Shown here in pieces: positions 63,900 to 64,000 of a DNA stretch of 64,000 bases. The position numbers were made by a program, and so were the translations under genes. The stretch comes from Escherichia phage vB_Eco_Jura: sequence record LR999871; one strand, given 5' to 3'. The first letter of the stretch is position 1. Every line of letters starts with the position of its first letter. The notes under the pieces are model-generated. The model saw only the letters and a list, made by a program, of their open reading frames with translations, did no database searches and was not told the origin of the DNA.

Positions 63900-64000
63900 T
63901 GAAACGAAATTATCTCGCCATTATTGCCCTGTCAGTAGACAGCCGTAACCTCACCTTATGGCAACCAGATGGTTCTACTATGGTCATCCCCCAAGGGGAT
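63899..64000 (+). CDS. 5' fragment of next gene (possibly rIIB-like), continues beyond window
   Basis: ATG in a TGATG overlap with the rIIA-like stop; frame MKRNYLAIIALSVDSRNLTLWQPDGSTMVIPQGD is open to the window edge. rIIB call is by gene order only. Confidence 0.35.
   Translation, partial: MKRNYLAIIALSVDSRNLTLWQPDGSTMVIPQGD

Overview
This window reads as most of a lytic N4-like (Schitoviridae-type) podophage genome; gene products were assigned from motifs, sizes and gene order read by eye, with no database search. Layout: (1) 1-7242, plus strand: the tail of a family-A DNA polymerase, then a translationally coupled replication/recombination block (PD-(D/E)xK nuclease with a Cys cluster, a 715-aa protein, a P-loop ATPase, a 265-aa SSB candidate, a RuvC-like resolvase). 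(2) 7250-8870: non-coding island with a perfect 2 x 127 bp tandem repeat, four tRNA genes (Asn-GUU, Ser-UGA, Thr-UGU, Pro-UGG), a truncated tRNA-like element and three long hairpins. (3) 8880-9736: two small plus-strand genes, one with a C-terminal domain resembling the DUF2829/Tad2 fold. (4) 9771-44142, minus strand: the late operon, i.e. a 3500-aa virion RNA polymerase, structural proteins, major capsid protein, portal, a lysis cassette (holin candidate, GH108 endolysin, Rz with embedded Rz1), tail proteins and terminase. (5) 44143-64000, plus strand: early/middle genes, each closed by its own hairpin terminator, including a two-subunit T7-like RNA polymerase split by an HNH homing endonuclease, an Ig-like decoration protein, an SPFH lipoprotein, a second HNH, a MoxR-type ATPase with a vWA/HExxH partner, dCTP deaminase-like and ThyX-like enzymes and an rIIA-like GHKL ATPase. 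The best candidates for something new are three copies of a 16-nt hairpin motif upstream of early genes (candidate virion-RNAP promoters), the Tad2-like gene beside the virion RNAP gene, and the structured RNA island around the tRNAs. Many ORF-track starts are TTG/GTG codons sitting inside the ribosome-binding site; I moved those to the first ATG with a Shine-Dalgarno. No integrase, repressor or CRISPR array was seen.
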